Source of the DNA: Pseudomonadota bacterium
Lineage (GTDB): Archaea; Thermoplasmatota; SW-10-69-26; JACQPN01; JAJPHT01
NCBI GenBank assembly: GCA_021325135.1
Contig: JAJPHT010000020.1
Coordinates: 1-64,000, forward strand
DNA: 64,000 bases
Direction: 5' to 3'
Every line of letters starts with the position of its first letter. The first letter of the stretch is position 1. Below are positions 39,969-49,184 of this stretch, in pieces. The notes beneath the pieces were generated by a model. The model saw only the letters and a program-made list of their open reading frames with translations. It made no database searches and was not told the DNA's origin. The translations under genes and the position numbers were made by a program.

Positions 39969-40036
39969 TTGCTCCAGCCGGCCCGCGGCAGGCCGGTCGG
40001 CGCACGTTCAAATCCCCCTCCCGCGCAGCCGGGCGC

Positions 40037-41122
40037 ATGAAGCTCTGGCCCCTGGTCGTGGGCGCCGTGCTCTTCGTCGCGGGCGTCCAGGCCTGGAGCG
40101 CGGCGGCCCTCCTGCGCGACCGCGCCGAGGAGACCTCCCTGGCCACGCAGCTTGCCGCGGAGCGGGCGCGCTCCCACGCGCTGGCGACGGAGGCGGACCG
40201 CGCGGACGCGCAGCTCCAGGCGGCTCGCGCCGAGGCGGGCGCCCTCTCGGGCGCGCTGGCGGGGAACCAGAGCCGCGCGGCGTCGCTCTCCACCGATCTC
40301 GCTGCGCTGGGGCGCGAGCGCGACGCGGCCCTTGCCCAGGTGAACGCGACCGAGGCGGAGCTGGCCGACGCCAAGGGCGGCATCTTCGACCGGCAGCAGC
40401 TCCTGGGCGAGCTTCAGGCGCAGCGGGCGGACTACGCGGCCCTCGACGCGCGATATCAATCGGCGCTCGATGGCGCGTTCCCGACGCTGGCGAGCATCCA
40501 GGCGGGGAACGTGACGTGGCGCTTCGTGGACGCCGAGGGCGTCGCGCATGCGTGGCGCTACCCCCTGGAGGACTACCAGGCCTACGCGCAGCGGGCGCGG
40601 CCCGACGCGGTGGTCGCCATGCGCACGGCGGACGGGACGATCCTCACGGCGGCGGACCCGCGCCCCTACGTCACGCCCTCGTTCTTCGCCTCCGACATCG
40701 GGGACCTCACCCGGGGGAAGACCGACCGGGAGTTCGTGCGCGACGCGTTCGCGGTGAAGGGCCAGCTGGTGGTCTACGGCTTCGCGCTGGCGGACCAGGA
40801 GGGGCACGCGTACAAGTATCCCGCCGAGACGCTGACCGAGGGGTCGGGCCTCTGCGGCGACACCACCATCCTCCTGGCGAGCCTGCTCCTGGCGGGCGAG
40901 GCGCAGGCCCACTACGGGCTCAGGCTCAAGGTGTGGATCGTGGACGTGGACCCCGAGCGCGCGGTCACGATCGCGGACCCCGAGACGGTGAACCACGCGC
41001 TCCTGGAGGTGGACTTCCGCGACGGCGAGACGTGGGACCTGGAGACCACCACCGCGGGGCTCTACCGGTATCCGGAGGTCCACGGGTGGAGCTTCGACGT
41101 CGAGCCGCCCGCCGGGGCGTGA
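40037..41122 (+). CDS. Membrane-anchored coiled-coil protein with transglutaminase-like Cys-protease domain
   Basis: N-terminal TM, heptad region, YP.ETL..G.GLCGD.TILLASLL, HALLEV, LETT. Confidence 0.78.
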   Translation: MKLWPLVVGAVLFVAGVQAWSAAALLRDRAEETSLATQLAAERARSHALATEADRADAQLQAARAEAGALSGALAGNQSRAASLSTDLAALGRERDAALAQVNATEAELADAKGGIFDRQQLLGELQAQRADYAALDARYQSALDGAFPTLASIQAGNVTWRFVDAEGVAHAWRYPLEDYQAYAQRARPDAVVAMRTADGTILTAADPRPYVTPSFFASDIGDLTRGKTDREFVRDAFAVKGQLVVYGFALADQEGHAYKYPAETLTEGSGLCGDTTILLASLLLAGEAQAHYGLRLKVWIVDVDPERAVTIADPETVNHALLEVDFRDGETWDLETTTAGLYRYPEVHGWSFDVEPPAGA

Positions 41123-41173
41123 CCGCCGGCAAAGGCACCAGGTCCATAAACCCGCGCGCCCTGCTCGAGAGGC

Positions 41174-41386
41174 ATGCCTCCCGGGAAGACCACGGAGAAG
41201 TCGTACACCATGAAGCACGCGCTGTCGGACGCGGCGGCCATGCTCAAGGAGCAGTTCGGGAAGGACCCCGACCAGCAGGCGACCGTCGCGCTGGCGACCT
41301 TCCTCTACACGGCGCACGAGCGCGAGGAGTTCCTCAAGAACCGCCCCGAGGCGGACGGCACGGCGTATGGCGCGCCCGTGCGTTGA
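41174..41386 (+). CDS. Small hypothetical protein
   Basis: GC3-rich 70-aa ORF with TATA-like CATAAA about 30 bp upstream. Confidence 0.65.
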   Translation: MPPGKTTEKSYTMKHALSDAAAMLKEQFGKDPDQQATVALATFLYTAHEREEFLKNRPEADGTAYGAPVR

Positions 41387-41389
41387 GCC

Positions 41390-41623
41390 TCACAGCGGGG
41401 GGCCGATGAACTCCACGCAGTGCTCGTAGCCCGCGACGCCGAAGACGGTCGCGCAGAAGTCGTTGACGTTGCCGTAGTCCAGCGTCGCGCACTCGTAGGG
41501 CATGGGGTTGATGAACGCCAGGTAGCGGGTGGGCGTGCAGGCCGTCTTGGTGACGCGGGCCGACGCGGCGGGGATCGCCAGGAGGGCGACGAGCAGGAGG
41601 CTGAGCAGGAGGGTGCGTCGCAT
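41390..41623 (-). CDS. Small secreted 4-Cys protein
   Basis: Signal peptide MRRTLLLSLLLVALLAIPAASA; 4 Cys. Confidence 0.7.
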   Translation of the reverse strand: MRRTLLLSLLLVALLAIPAASARVTKTACTPTRYLAFINPMPYECATLDYGNVNDFCATVFGVAGYEHCVEFIGPPL

Positions 41624-41727
41624 GGGGACCGCGCCTGCGACCGGCGCGGAAGGGGAAGGCCCTTTCGCGGGCGCACCCGGGGGGACACGAGGGAAAGCCC
41701 TAAGCCGGCGGCCGGGCTCGCGGGCGC

Positions 41728-42621
41728 GTGGAGCGCCCCTCCCGCGCGCGGACGATCCTCGAGTTCGTGAAGATCGAGCACGCCCTCTTCGCGCTCCCCT
41801 TCGTGCTCGCGGGCATGATCGAGGGGTTCCGCGAGCGCGGCGTCCCGCTGCGCCCCACCGCGGAGGGCGCGCGCCTCCTGCTCCTCGTCCTCGTGGCGGC
41901 CGTCTCCGCGCGGACGCTGGCCATGACGCTCAACCGCATCGTGGACCGCGGCCTCGACGCGCGCAACCCGCGCACCGCAGGCCGCGCCATCCCCGCGGGC
42001 CTCCTCTCCACGCGCGCCGCGTGGGCGCTGGCCGCGGTCTCGCTCGTCCTCCTCGTCGCGGCCTCGGCGCTCCTCAACCCCCTGGTGCTGGCGCTGACGC
42101 CCGTCCTCGCGCTCCTCTTCTTCGCCTACCCCTACGCGAAGCGCGTCACCTGGGCGTGCCACTTCGTGCTGGGCCTCGCCTTCCTCTGCGCGCCCGCGGG
42201 CGGCTTCCTGGCGGTGACGGGCTCCTTCGCGGGCTGGACGCGCGTGCTGCCCCTGTCGCTGGCGGCCATGGCGTGGGTGTCCGGCTTTGATATCATCTAC
42301 GCCCTGCTGGACCTCCCCTTCGACCGCGCGAACGAGGTCAGGAGCGTGCCCGCCGTCTTCGGCGAGGGCCCCGCGCGGCGCGTGGCGGTGGGGCTCCACG
42401 TGCTCACCGTGCTCCTCCTCGCCATCTACGCCCGCCTCGCGGGCTTGGGCTGGCCCATGTACCTCGCCGTCGTCGCCATCGCGGCGCTCCTCGCCTACGA
42501 GCACGCGACCGTCGACCCCAGCGACCCGGTGGCCATCAACAAGGCGTTCTTCCAGGTCAACGCCGTCGTGGGCTGGGTCGCGCTGGCGGGCGTCGCCGCC
42601 GCCCTCTGGCTCGCCGCGTGA
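41728..42621 (+). CDS. ubiA: UbiA-family polyprenyltransferase (MqnP-like)
   Basis: KIEH..FALPF, AM..NR..DR..DA.NPRT..R.IP, YPY.KR, GFDIIYA..D..FD. Confidence 0.92.
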   Translation: MERPSRARTILEFVKIEHALFALPFVLAGMIEGFRERGVPLRPTAEGARLLLLVLVAAVSARTLAMTLNRIVDRGLDARNPRTAGRAIPAGLLSTRAAWALAAVSLVLLVAASALLNPLVLALTPVLALLFFAYPYAKRVTWACHFVLGLAFLCAPAGGFLAVTGSFAGWTRVLPLSLAAMAWVSGFDIIYALLDLPFDRANEVRSVPAVFGEGPARRVAVGLHVLTVLLLAIYARLAGLGWPMYLAVVAIAALLAYEHATVDPSDPVAINKAFFQVNAVVGWVALAGVAAALWLAA

Positions 42622-42683
42622 CGCATACGCTCTCGGGACAAACCGCATCTCCGCCCGCGGAGGGTCCCCCGCGGGATTCGGGC

Positions 42684-43205
42684 ATGCGCACGCCTTGGCT
42701 TCTCCTTGCGCTCCTCGCCTTCGCCGGCGCGGCGCAGGGATCGGACGCGATCGGCTACCAGAGCGGGACCAACCAGTGCGCGATCCTCGCCTACGAGGCC
42801 ATAACACCACCGTCCCTTTGCCCCCACGTCGACCAGTCGGGCACGGCCACGCTGCTGGGCTGCGCGGGCGACCGCTGCACGGTGCGCGTCGACGCCAGCG
42901 CCCTCGCCCTGGGCGTCCTCCCCGCGGCGCAACGCGCGCTGGCGGTGGAGGCGCAGATCGCGGACGCCTCGGAGCCCGCGGCCCCTGCGTGCAGCGTGCT
43001 CAGCGAGGGCCCCAACGTCGCGTGCGACGGCGCGGCGGACCTCGACCTCCCGGTGGCGGCCGGCGCGTGCACCCTCTTCCGCGTGCGCGCCGCCCTCTCG
43101 GACCTGGGCGCTGACGGCGTGACCTTCGTCTACCGCCTCGCCACCGAGCGCGAACTTCAGGTGTGCCGCGACCTCGGCGGCTCCGCGACGATCTCCCTGG
43201 GCTGA
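42684..43205 (+). CDS. Secreted Cys-rich hypothetical protein
   Basis: Signal peptide; 8 Cys in the mature region. Confidence 0.68.
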   Translation: MRTPWLLLALLAFAGAAQGSDAIGYQSGTNQCAILAYEAITPPSLCPHVDQSGTATLLGCAGDRCTVRVDASALALGVLPAAQRALAVEAQIADASEPAAPACSVLSEGPNVACDGAADLDLPVAAGACTLFRVRAALSDLGADGVTFVYRLATERELQVCRDLGGSATISLG

Positions 43206-43208
43206 GCC

Positions 43209-44600
43209 CTACGAGAGGCGCGGCGCCGCGGCCATGAGCCCCACGCCCTGCTTGAGCACGGCCACGTTGGTCTCGCTGTTGCGCGTCGCCGGGTCGGTCG
43301 CGCACTTGTGGTTGCAGCCGTCGGTGTACGCGACGTACACTCGCCCCTGGCCGTCGCGCTGCATGTCGAAGAAGTCCAGCAGGTTGCGGTCGGGCGTGCC
43401 GTCGTCGCCGCCGTTGTGGACGCGCCCGATGGAGACGGGGTTGTCGTCGGGCGTCAGCTGCTGCGTGACCATCGTCGCGTTCGCGCCGGAGAGGAGGCCG
43501 GTGGTCCACGTGACGTAGAGGTGCCAGCGCGCGTCCTTCGCGGCGTCGTCGGAGTTGGGCGACTTCCACGAGGAGGTGTCCGCCGTGGTTCCATAGTAGC
43601 CGAACATGACGCGGCCCGGGTCGCCCGCGATGGAGACGGCCATCATGCTGGACTTGACCTCGGGGGGAGAGACCTTGATGGCGGGGCCCCACGTCTTGCC
43701 CTTGTCCGTGGAGACGCTGGCGTACATGTGCGCGTCCTTGCCGGGCCAGACGAGGTACGCGTTGCCTGCGGTGTCGATGGCGATGCTGGGATCGTCGCCG
43801 GGCGTGGAGCGGCCCACGCCTCCGGTCTCGATGACGTGCTGCTCCCACGTCATGCCCGAGTCGCGGGAGACGGCCACGACGGGCTGGTCGCAGCCGGCCG
43901 CGGGCAGGTAGAGGATGCCGTCCTTGTCGGACTTGAGGTGGCCGTTGAGGCCGCCGCAGTGCGCCTGGTCGATGGCGATGACGCCGCCCGCGAAGGTGAG
44001 GCCGCCGTCCAGCGAGCGCGCGATGCCGCTGAACGCCGCGCCGTTCCAGCCGTAGTAGACCACGTCGGGGTAGCCCACGGTCACCGTCGTCGCGCCCTGG
44101 GGCTTGCCGGTGCCCACGGTCTGGTGGTCGTCCGCGGGGATGCCGCACGCGGCGGGGTTGTAGAGCCACGTCGCGCCCTCGTCGTCGCTGAACGCCAGGT
44201 AGCTGCACGCGACGTAGAGGTGGTCGAGGAAGACGCGCCCCGTGTCCTGGTCGACCCACAGCATGGGGTCCAGCGTGCGCGGGAAGTTCGCGGGGGGCGA
44301 CGCCAGCGTCCACGAGCTGCCGTTGTCGGTGGAGCGGAACACGTCGTTGGACGACACGACGAAGATCGTCCCCTTGCCCGTGACGCCCAGCGTGGGCTCG
44401 GCGCCCGAGTGCTTCACGTCGCTGAGGAGCCACGTCGCGTTGGCGCCCTCCGGGAGGGGCACCGCCTTGCCGGTCCCGTCGTAGGCGTAGAGCCCGTGCG
44501 TGGCGGGGGGCTGCACGACGGCGCCCGGCACCGAAGGGGGCACGGACTGGAAGCAGCCCGCCAGGAGGAGGGCGACGAGGAGGAGCAGCGAGGCGCGCAC
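43209..44600 (-). CDS. BNR/Asp-box (sialidase-like) lipoprotein, paralogue of 29951-31540
   Basis: LAGC lipobox; EPT.GVT, STDNGSSW, SDDEGATW, DHQT, CGGL.GHLK, L.DF.D shared with the paralogue. Confidence 0.85.
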   Translation of the reverse strand: MRASLLLLVALLLAGCFQSVPPSVPGAVVQPPATHGLYAYDGTGKAVPLPEGANATWLLSDVKHSGAEPTLGVTGKGTIFVVSSNDVFRSTDNGSSWTLASPPANFPRTLDPMLWVDQDTGRVFLDHLYVACSYLAFSDDEGATWLYNPAACGIPADDHQTVGTGKPQGATTVTVGYPDVVYYGWNGAAFSGIARSLDGGLTFAGGVIAIDQAHCGGLNGHLKSDKDGILYLPAAGCDQPVVAVSRDSGMTWEQHVIETGGVGRSTPGDDPSIAIDTAGNAYLVWPGKDAHMYASVSTDKGKTWGPAIKVSPPEVKSSMMAVSIAGDPGRVMFGYYGTTADTSSWKSPNSDDAAKDARWHLYVTWTTGLLSGANATMVTQQLTPDDNPVSIGRVHNGGDDGTPDRNLLDFFDMQRDGQGRVYVAYTDGCNHKCATDPATRNSETNVAVLKQGVGLMAAAPRLS

Positions 44601-44714
44601 GCACGGTCACGGCCAGCGGGGGCATTTCACGTTTGCGGAGGCAACGCTGCGCTTGCCTGCGTCAAGACGCCTCTGACTCGGCTTGAGCACCCCCCTTGGC
44701 CTTCTCCTGGCCGC

Positions 44715-46454
44715 ATGACGCGCACCATCCTCGCGCTCCTGACCACCTCGATCCTGCTCGCGGCCCTGGCGCCCTTGTCCCAGTCGGCCGCGCTCCCAGC
44801 CCTCGACGACGCCGGAAGGTTCGTGCTCCCCGAGGGGGCCACGCTGCGCCTCCACGCGGACACGAAGATCGTCGCCCCCCAGGGGATCCGCATCGACGGC
44901 ACGATCCTGGGCGAGCGCACGCTGGACGGGCGCGGCGCGAGCCTCGTGCTGGAGACGCCCGGCGACGTCACCCTGCGCGGCAGCATCGTGCTGGCCGACG
45001 GGGCGGACGGCGTGGCCGGCCAGCGCGGCGGCGACGGGGGCGGCCTGGTGGTCGTCTCCCGCAGCGTCCGCCTTGAGCCTGGCTCCCTCGTCGCCCTGGG
45101 CGCGGGGGGGCACGGCGGCGACGTCCGGACCGAAGACCCCCTCTCCGTGGCGCGCGGCGGCGACGGCGGCCGCGGCGGCCCCCTCGTCCTGCAGGCGACC
45201 GAGGCCTTCCTGGATGGGATGGTCCTCCTGGGCAGGGGCGGCGACGGCGGCAGGGCGGACGCGGTCCTCGCGGCCGTGGGCGGCTCGGGCGGGCCCTCCT
45301 CGGTGCTGGTCGCGCCGCGCGGCCACACCGCGATCGCGGGGGGCGCCTGCGCCGACGAGACGTGCCTCGGCCTCTCCACGCTCCTGGCCTGCGGCGCCGA
45401 CGCGGATTGCGCAGGCCGCGAGGTCTGCCTCCCCTCCTGCGAAGGGCTCTCGATCCCGTGCCTCCAGGTCGCGTGCGCGGCGCCCCTGGACGCCCGGCCC
45501 TCCGTCCACGCGCCCCTGCCTGGCCAGCCCGCGAGCCCGGCCATCGTCGCGACGTGCGGCGGGAACGGCGCCGGGGCCACCACGTCCGCGGCCCCGAGCC
45601 CCAGCGGCCTCCCCGGCTCCAACGGCGCGGCTCCGGGCGACCCGGGGACCTCGGGCACCGGAGGCTTCCCGGGCATCAGCACCACGGCGACGGGAGGCGA
45701 CGGCGGGCCCGGCCTCCTCTGCGGCGGCACGGGCGGGAGCGCCACCGCCTTCGGAGGCACCGGAGGCAACGGCGGCAACGGAGGCAACGGCGGATCCGAC
45801 CCGTCCCTCCCTGGCGGCAAGGGCGGGGGCGGCGGCCCCGGAGGCGTGGGCGGCAACGGCGGCGCGACCGGGGGCGCCGGCGGAGCCGCGACGCTGGGCA
45901 CGGGCGGTGCGGGCGGCGACGCCTCGGGCATCGGAGGCAACGGCGGCTGCGGAGGGAACGGAGGCAACGGCGGCTCCGTGGGCGGCTCGGGCGGCGATGG
46001 AGGCCTCGGCGGCGCGGCCGGCGCTGGCGTCGCCACGGGAGGGGTCGGGGGCACCAGCGTGGTCGGCCTCGGAGGGAACGCGGGCAAGGCCAATGCCTTC
46101 GGCGGCTACGGAGGCTGCGGGGGGAGCGGCGGCAACGGCGACTTCTTCGGCGGCGCCGGCGGCAGCGGCGGCGACGGCGGCGTGGGGGGAGGAGCCGGGG
46201 CCTTCGGTTCCGCGGGCGGCAGCGCCCTGGTGGGCGTCAGCGGCAACGGCGGCGACGCCACGAACCAGCCCGGAGGCGGCGGCGACGGTGGCTACGGCGG
46301 CTATGGAAGCCCCGACGGCTGTGGCGGGTCCGGCGGCGCGGGCGGCGCCGGCAGCTCCACCCCGGGCCTGCCGGGCGGCACGCTGCCAGGGAGCGCCGGC
46401 AACAGCAATGGGCCCACCACGGGCCCCTCCGGCTACGGCCCGTCGTGCTCGTGA
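44715..46454 (+). CDS. Secreted glycine-rich (PGRS-like GGxGGx) protein
   Basis: Signal peptide; N-terminal mixed beta/Gly domain; Cys-rich linker; about 290-aa GGNGGNGG/GGAGG tail. Confidence 0.8.
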   Translation: MTRTILALLTTSILLAALAPLSQSAALPALDDAGRFVLPEGATLRLHADTKIVAPQGIRIDGTILGERTLDGRGASLVLETPGDVTLRGSIVLADGADGVAGQRGGDGGGLVVVSRSVRLEPGSLVALGAGGHGGDVRTEDPLSVARGGDGGRGGPLVLQATEAFLDGMVLLGRGGDGGRADAVLAAVGGSGGPSSVLVAPRGHTAIAGGACADETCLGLSTLLACGADADCAGREVCLPSCEGLSIPCLQVACAAPLDARPSVHAPLPGQPASPAIVATCGGNGAGATTSAAPSPSGLPGSNGAAPGDPGTSGTGGFPGISTTATGGDGGPGLLCGGTGGSATAFGGTGGNGGNGGNGGSDPSLPGGKGGGGGPGGVGGNGGATGGAGGAATLGTGGAGGDASGIGGNGGCGGNGGNGGSVGGSGGDGGLGGAAGAGVATGGVGGTSVVGLGGNAGKANAFGGYGGCGGSGGNGDFFGGAGGSGGDGGVGGGAGAFGSAGGSALVGVSGNGGDATNQPGGGGDGGYGGYGSPDGCGGSGGAGGAGSSTPGLPGGTLPGSAGNSNGPTTGPSGYGPSCS

Positions 46455-46509
46455 GGGCTCCTTGCCGCCGCCCCTCGCTGTTTTCGCACCCTTCGCCGTT
46501 GGGGAAGGC

Positions 46510-47193
46510 ATGGCCGAAGCGGCGTCGCGCGCCGGGGAGGAGCCTGACGACCTGACCCGCGCGCTGGTGGCGGTGGGGAACCGCACGAGGCTGCGCATCC
46601 TGCACCGGCTCGCGCAGCCGGCGTTCGTCCCCGACCTGGCGCGCGAGATGGGCCTCACGCGCCAGGCGGTGGCGCATCACCTGGAGGAATTGATGGCCGT
46701 GGGCCTCGTGGAGGCGGAGCGCGGCGCGCGCCGGGGCATCCTGCCCGCCACGCGTTACGTCGCCAGCGCGTGCGGCCTCTTCGCGTTCAAGGAGAGCGTG
46801 CTGGGCCTCGCCGTGATGCCCAGCGCGAGGGCGGAGCCGCCGCTGCCCACCCGCCCCCTGGGCCCGGGCCGGGTGGGGAGCGCGTCGCGGGGCGCGGGGC
46901 TCCTCCTCGCCCACGGCGACGCGCCGGGACGGTGGTTCGACCTGCGCGCGGGGACGAGCTGGATCCTGGGGCGCGACGCCAAGGCGGACGTGCGCCTCGC
47001 ATACGATCCCTTCGTGAGCACGCGCCACGCCCACCTGCGCCGCGAGGGGGCGCGCTGGAGCCTCACCGACCTGCACAGCACCAACGGCACGCTGGTGAAC
47101 TTCGAGCCCCTGGACGCGGGCGAGGAGCGCGAGGTCGAGCCGGGCGACCTGCTCACGGTGGGAAGGAGCCGGCTTCTCCTGCGGAGCCCGTGA
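46510..47193 (+). CDS. ArsR-type HTH + FHA domain transcription regulator
   Basis: N.TRLRIL..L......DLAR.MGLTRQAV.HHL..L...GLV; FHA motifs LGR, VSTRHA, DL.STNGT.VN. Confidence 0.9.
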   Translation: MAEAASRAGEEPDDLTRALVAVGNRTRLRILHRLAQPAFVPDLAREMGLTRQAVAHHLEELMAVGLVEAERGARRGILPATRYVASACGLFAFKESVLGLAVMPSARAEPPLPTRPLGPGRVGSASRGAGLLLAHGDAPGRWFDLRAGTSWILGRDAKADVRLAYDPFVSTRHAHLRREGARWSLTDLHSTNGTLVNFEPLDAGEEREVEPGDLLTVGRSRLLLRSP

Positions 47194-47197
47194 TAGC

Positions 47198-49150
47198 TTG
47201 GACGCCATCGCCCTGGCCTTCGCGGCGGACCTGGCCCTCGGGCTCTTTCTCCTGGCGCTGGCCGCCCTGGCGCCAAGGGCCGCGCGTCCCGGCCCCTCGC
47301 GCTGGCTCCTGGCGGCCTACCTTGCCCTCGTGGGGCTCGACTACGTCTCGGACGGCCTGGCGCGGCTGCTGGACGTGAAGACCCACACCCCGCTGCTCGA
47401 TTGGCTCTCCATCGGCACGCAGGCGCTCGACCCGCCCGTGCTCTTCCTCTTCGCCCTGGCCGTGACGGGCGCGCGGGTGCGGTGGTCCCGCGCGCTCCCC
47501 GCGTGCGCCGGGATCCTCCTCGTCACGTTCCGGCCGCAGCTTCTGGGCATCCCCGTGCAGGTCGGGCCCTTCGCCTACGCGGCCGTGGCGCTGGCGGCCT
47601 ACGTCGGGAGCTTCGCCCTCCTGGCGCGCAGCCACCTCGCGGCCGCCGATGGCGACGAGCGCGAGCCGCGCGGCGTGCTGGTCGTCGCCTTCGGCGTCGT
47701 GTGCCTCACGCGAGTTCCCCTGGCGCTCATCGACTTCCGCATCCTGCCCGTCGGGCCGCCCGGCCGGCAGGGAAGCGCCAGCTGGATGCTGGAGGCCCTT
47801 CTCTTCGGCGCGTTCGTCGCCTTCGCGCTGCTCTCGCGCGCCTTCGCCCGGCCCTCCGCGTGGCCCCACGCCCGCCGCGTCCTCATCGCCACCGGAGCGC
47901 TGCTCACGGTCCTGGATGGCGAGTGGCTGCTGCGGTTCGTCCCCTACCTCCAGGCGCCCTCCTACGCGCTGCTCTGGTCGGCGCGGTGGTTCCTCTTCCT
48001 TGCCGTCGTCATCGCGGGGCTGCGCCGCCACGACCTGCTCGGGCTCTCCGCCACCGTGGCGCCTTGGCTGCGCAGGACGTATGCGGCGCTCCTTGGCGTC
48101 GTGGCGGCCGTGCTCGCCGCCTCCTTCGCGCGGGCGCTCCCGGGCGTGTCGGACCTGGGCGCGGCCGCAGCCGGCGCCGCCGTGGTGGGCGCGGGGGTGG
48201 GCGCCGGCTTCGCCATCCGCGCGGCGGTGCCCAGGACGCCTTCGGAGGCCGAGTGGCGGCGCGCCGCCGTCTATCGCGCGCACCTGGCGCTGGGCTCGCC
48301 GCCTGCGGAGCTGGACGCCGCTCGCCGCGAGCTTGGCCTCTCGGAGCGGGAGGCGCGCGCCATCGCGAGCGCCTTCCGCGTGGAGCGGGAGGTCCCCGCC
48401 GACGCGCTGCCGGAGCGCGTGGAGCCCGGCCACGTCCTCCTGGGCCGCTATCGCGTGGAGCGGGTGCTGGGCGTGGGCGCCTTCGGCCGCGCCTACTCCG
48501 CCGTGGACCTTGCCGAGGAGCGTCGCGTCGTCCTGAAGGAGTTGCTCCCGTCGTGGCGCGGAGACGAGGAGGCCCTCGCCCGGTTCCTCCGCGAGGCGGA
48601 GGTCGCGCTGCGCGTCCGCCACCCCAACCTCGTGGGGCTGCGCGGCATCGAGCGGCTCGCCTCGGGGCACGTCCTGGTGCTGGACCACGTCGAGGGCGAG
48701 ACGCTCGCGGCGCGCCTGGCCCGCGGACCCCTGGAGGAGGCGGAGTCGCGCCGCCTCGCCCGGGACGTCCTGGAGGCGCTCGACGCCCTGCATCGGCGCG
48801 GCATCCTGCATCGCGACGTGAAGCCCGAGAACGTCATGCTGCGGCCCGACGGCTCCGCGGTGCTGCTGGACTTCGGCGCCGCCACGGCCCCCGGGACCGG
48901 CACGCGCCCCGCGCTGGGCCACCCCGGCACGCCGGGGTACGCGAGCCCCGAGCAGCGCCGCGGCGAGCCTTTGGCCCCCTCCAGCGACCTCTATGGCGTG
49001 GGCGCGCTCCTGTGGCGGGGCCTCACCGGCGAGCCGCACCCTCGGGGCCGGGCGCCTCCGTCCTGGGCCGCGCCCCTGGCGAAGGCCACCTCGCCGCGCC
49101 CGGAGGATCGATATCAGGACGCGGACGCGTTCCTCGCCGCCCTCTCGTGA
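47198..49150 (+). CDS. Multi-TM membrane Ser/Thr protein kinase (C-terminal Hanks-type domain)
   Basis: About 8-9 N-terminal TM segments; LG.GAFG, VVLK, HRDVKPEN, DFG, GTPGYASPEQ, DLYGVG, P.DR. Confidence 0.92.
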   Translation: MDAIALAFAADLALGLFLLALAALAPRAARPGPSRWLLAAYLALVGLDYVSDGLARLLDVKTHTPLLDWLSIGTQALDPPVLFLFALAVTGARVRWSRALPACAGILLVTFRPQLLGIPVQVGPFAYAAVALAAYVGSFALLARSHLAAADGDEREPRGVLVVAFGVVCLTRVPLALIDFRILPVGPPGRQGSASWMLEALLFGAFVAFALLSRAFARPSAWPHARRVLIATGALLTVLDGEWLLRFVPYLQAPSYALLWSARWFLFLAVVIAGLRRHDLLGLSATVAPWLRRTYAALLGVVAAVLAASFARALPGVSDLGAAAAGAAVVGAGVGAGFAIRAAVPRTPSEAEWRRAAVYRAHLALGSPPAELDAARRELGLSEREARAIASAFRVEREVPADALPERVEPGHVLLGRYRVERVLGVGAFGRAYSAVDLAEERRVVLKELLPSWRGDEEALARFLREAEVALRVRHPNLVGLRGIERLASGHVLVLDHVEGETLAARLARGPLEEAESRRLARDVLEALDALHRRGILHRDVKPENVMLRPDGSAVLLDFGAATAPGTGTRPALGHPGTPGYASPEQRRGEPLAPSSDLYGVGALLWRGLTGEPHPRGRAPPSWAAPLAKATSPRPEDRYQDADAFLAALS

Positions 49151-49184
49151 TGGCGCCAGGGATCGTCGGGGCGGCGCCGTCGCC

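Noticed and set aside
40000-40030. GTTCAAATCCC resembling a tRNA T-loop
   Set aside because: No T-stem pairing or cloverleaf; its position about 30 bp before ATG 40037 fits a TATA-like element.
44627-46093. Pro-rich 488-aa minus-strand ORF
   Set aside because: Antisense mirror of the Gly-rich gene, which has a signal peptide and operon context.
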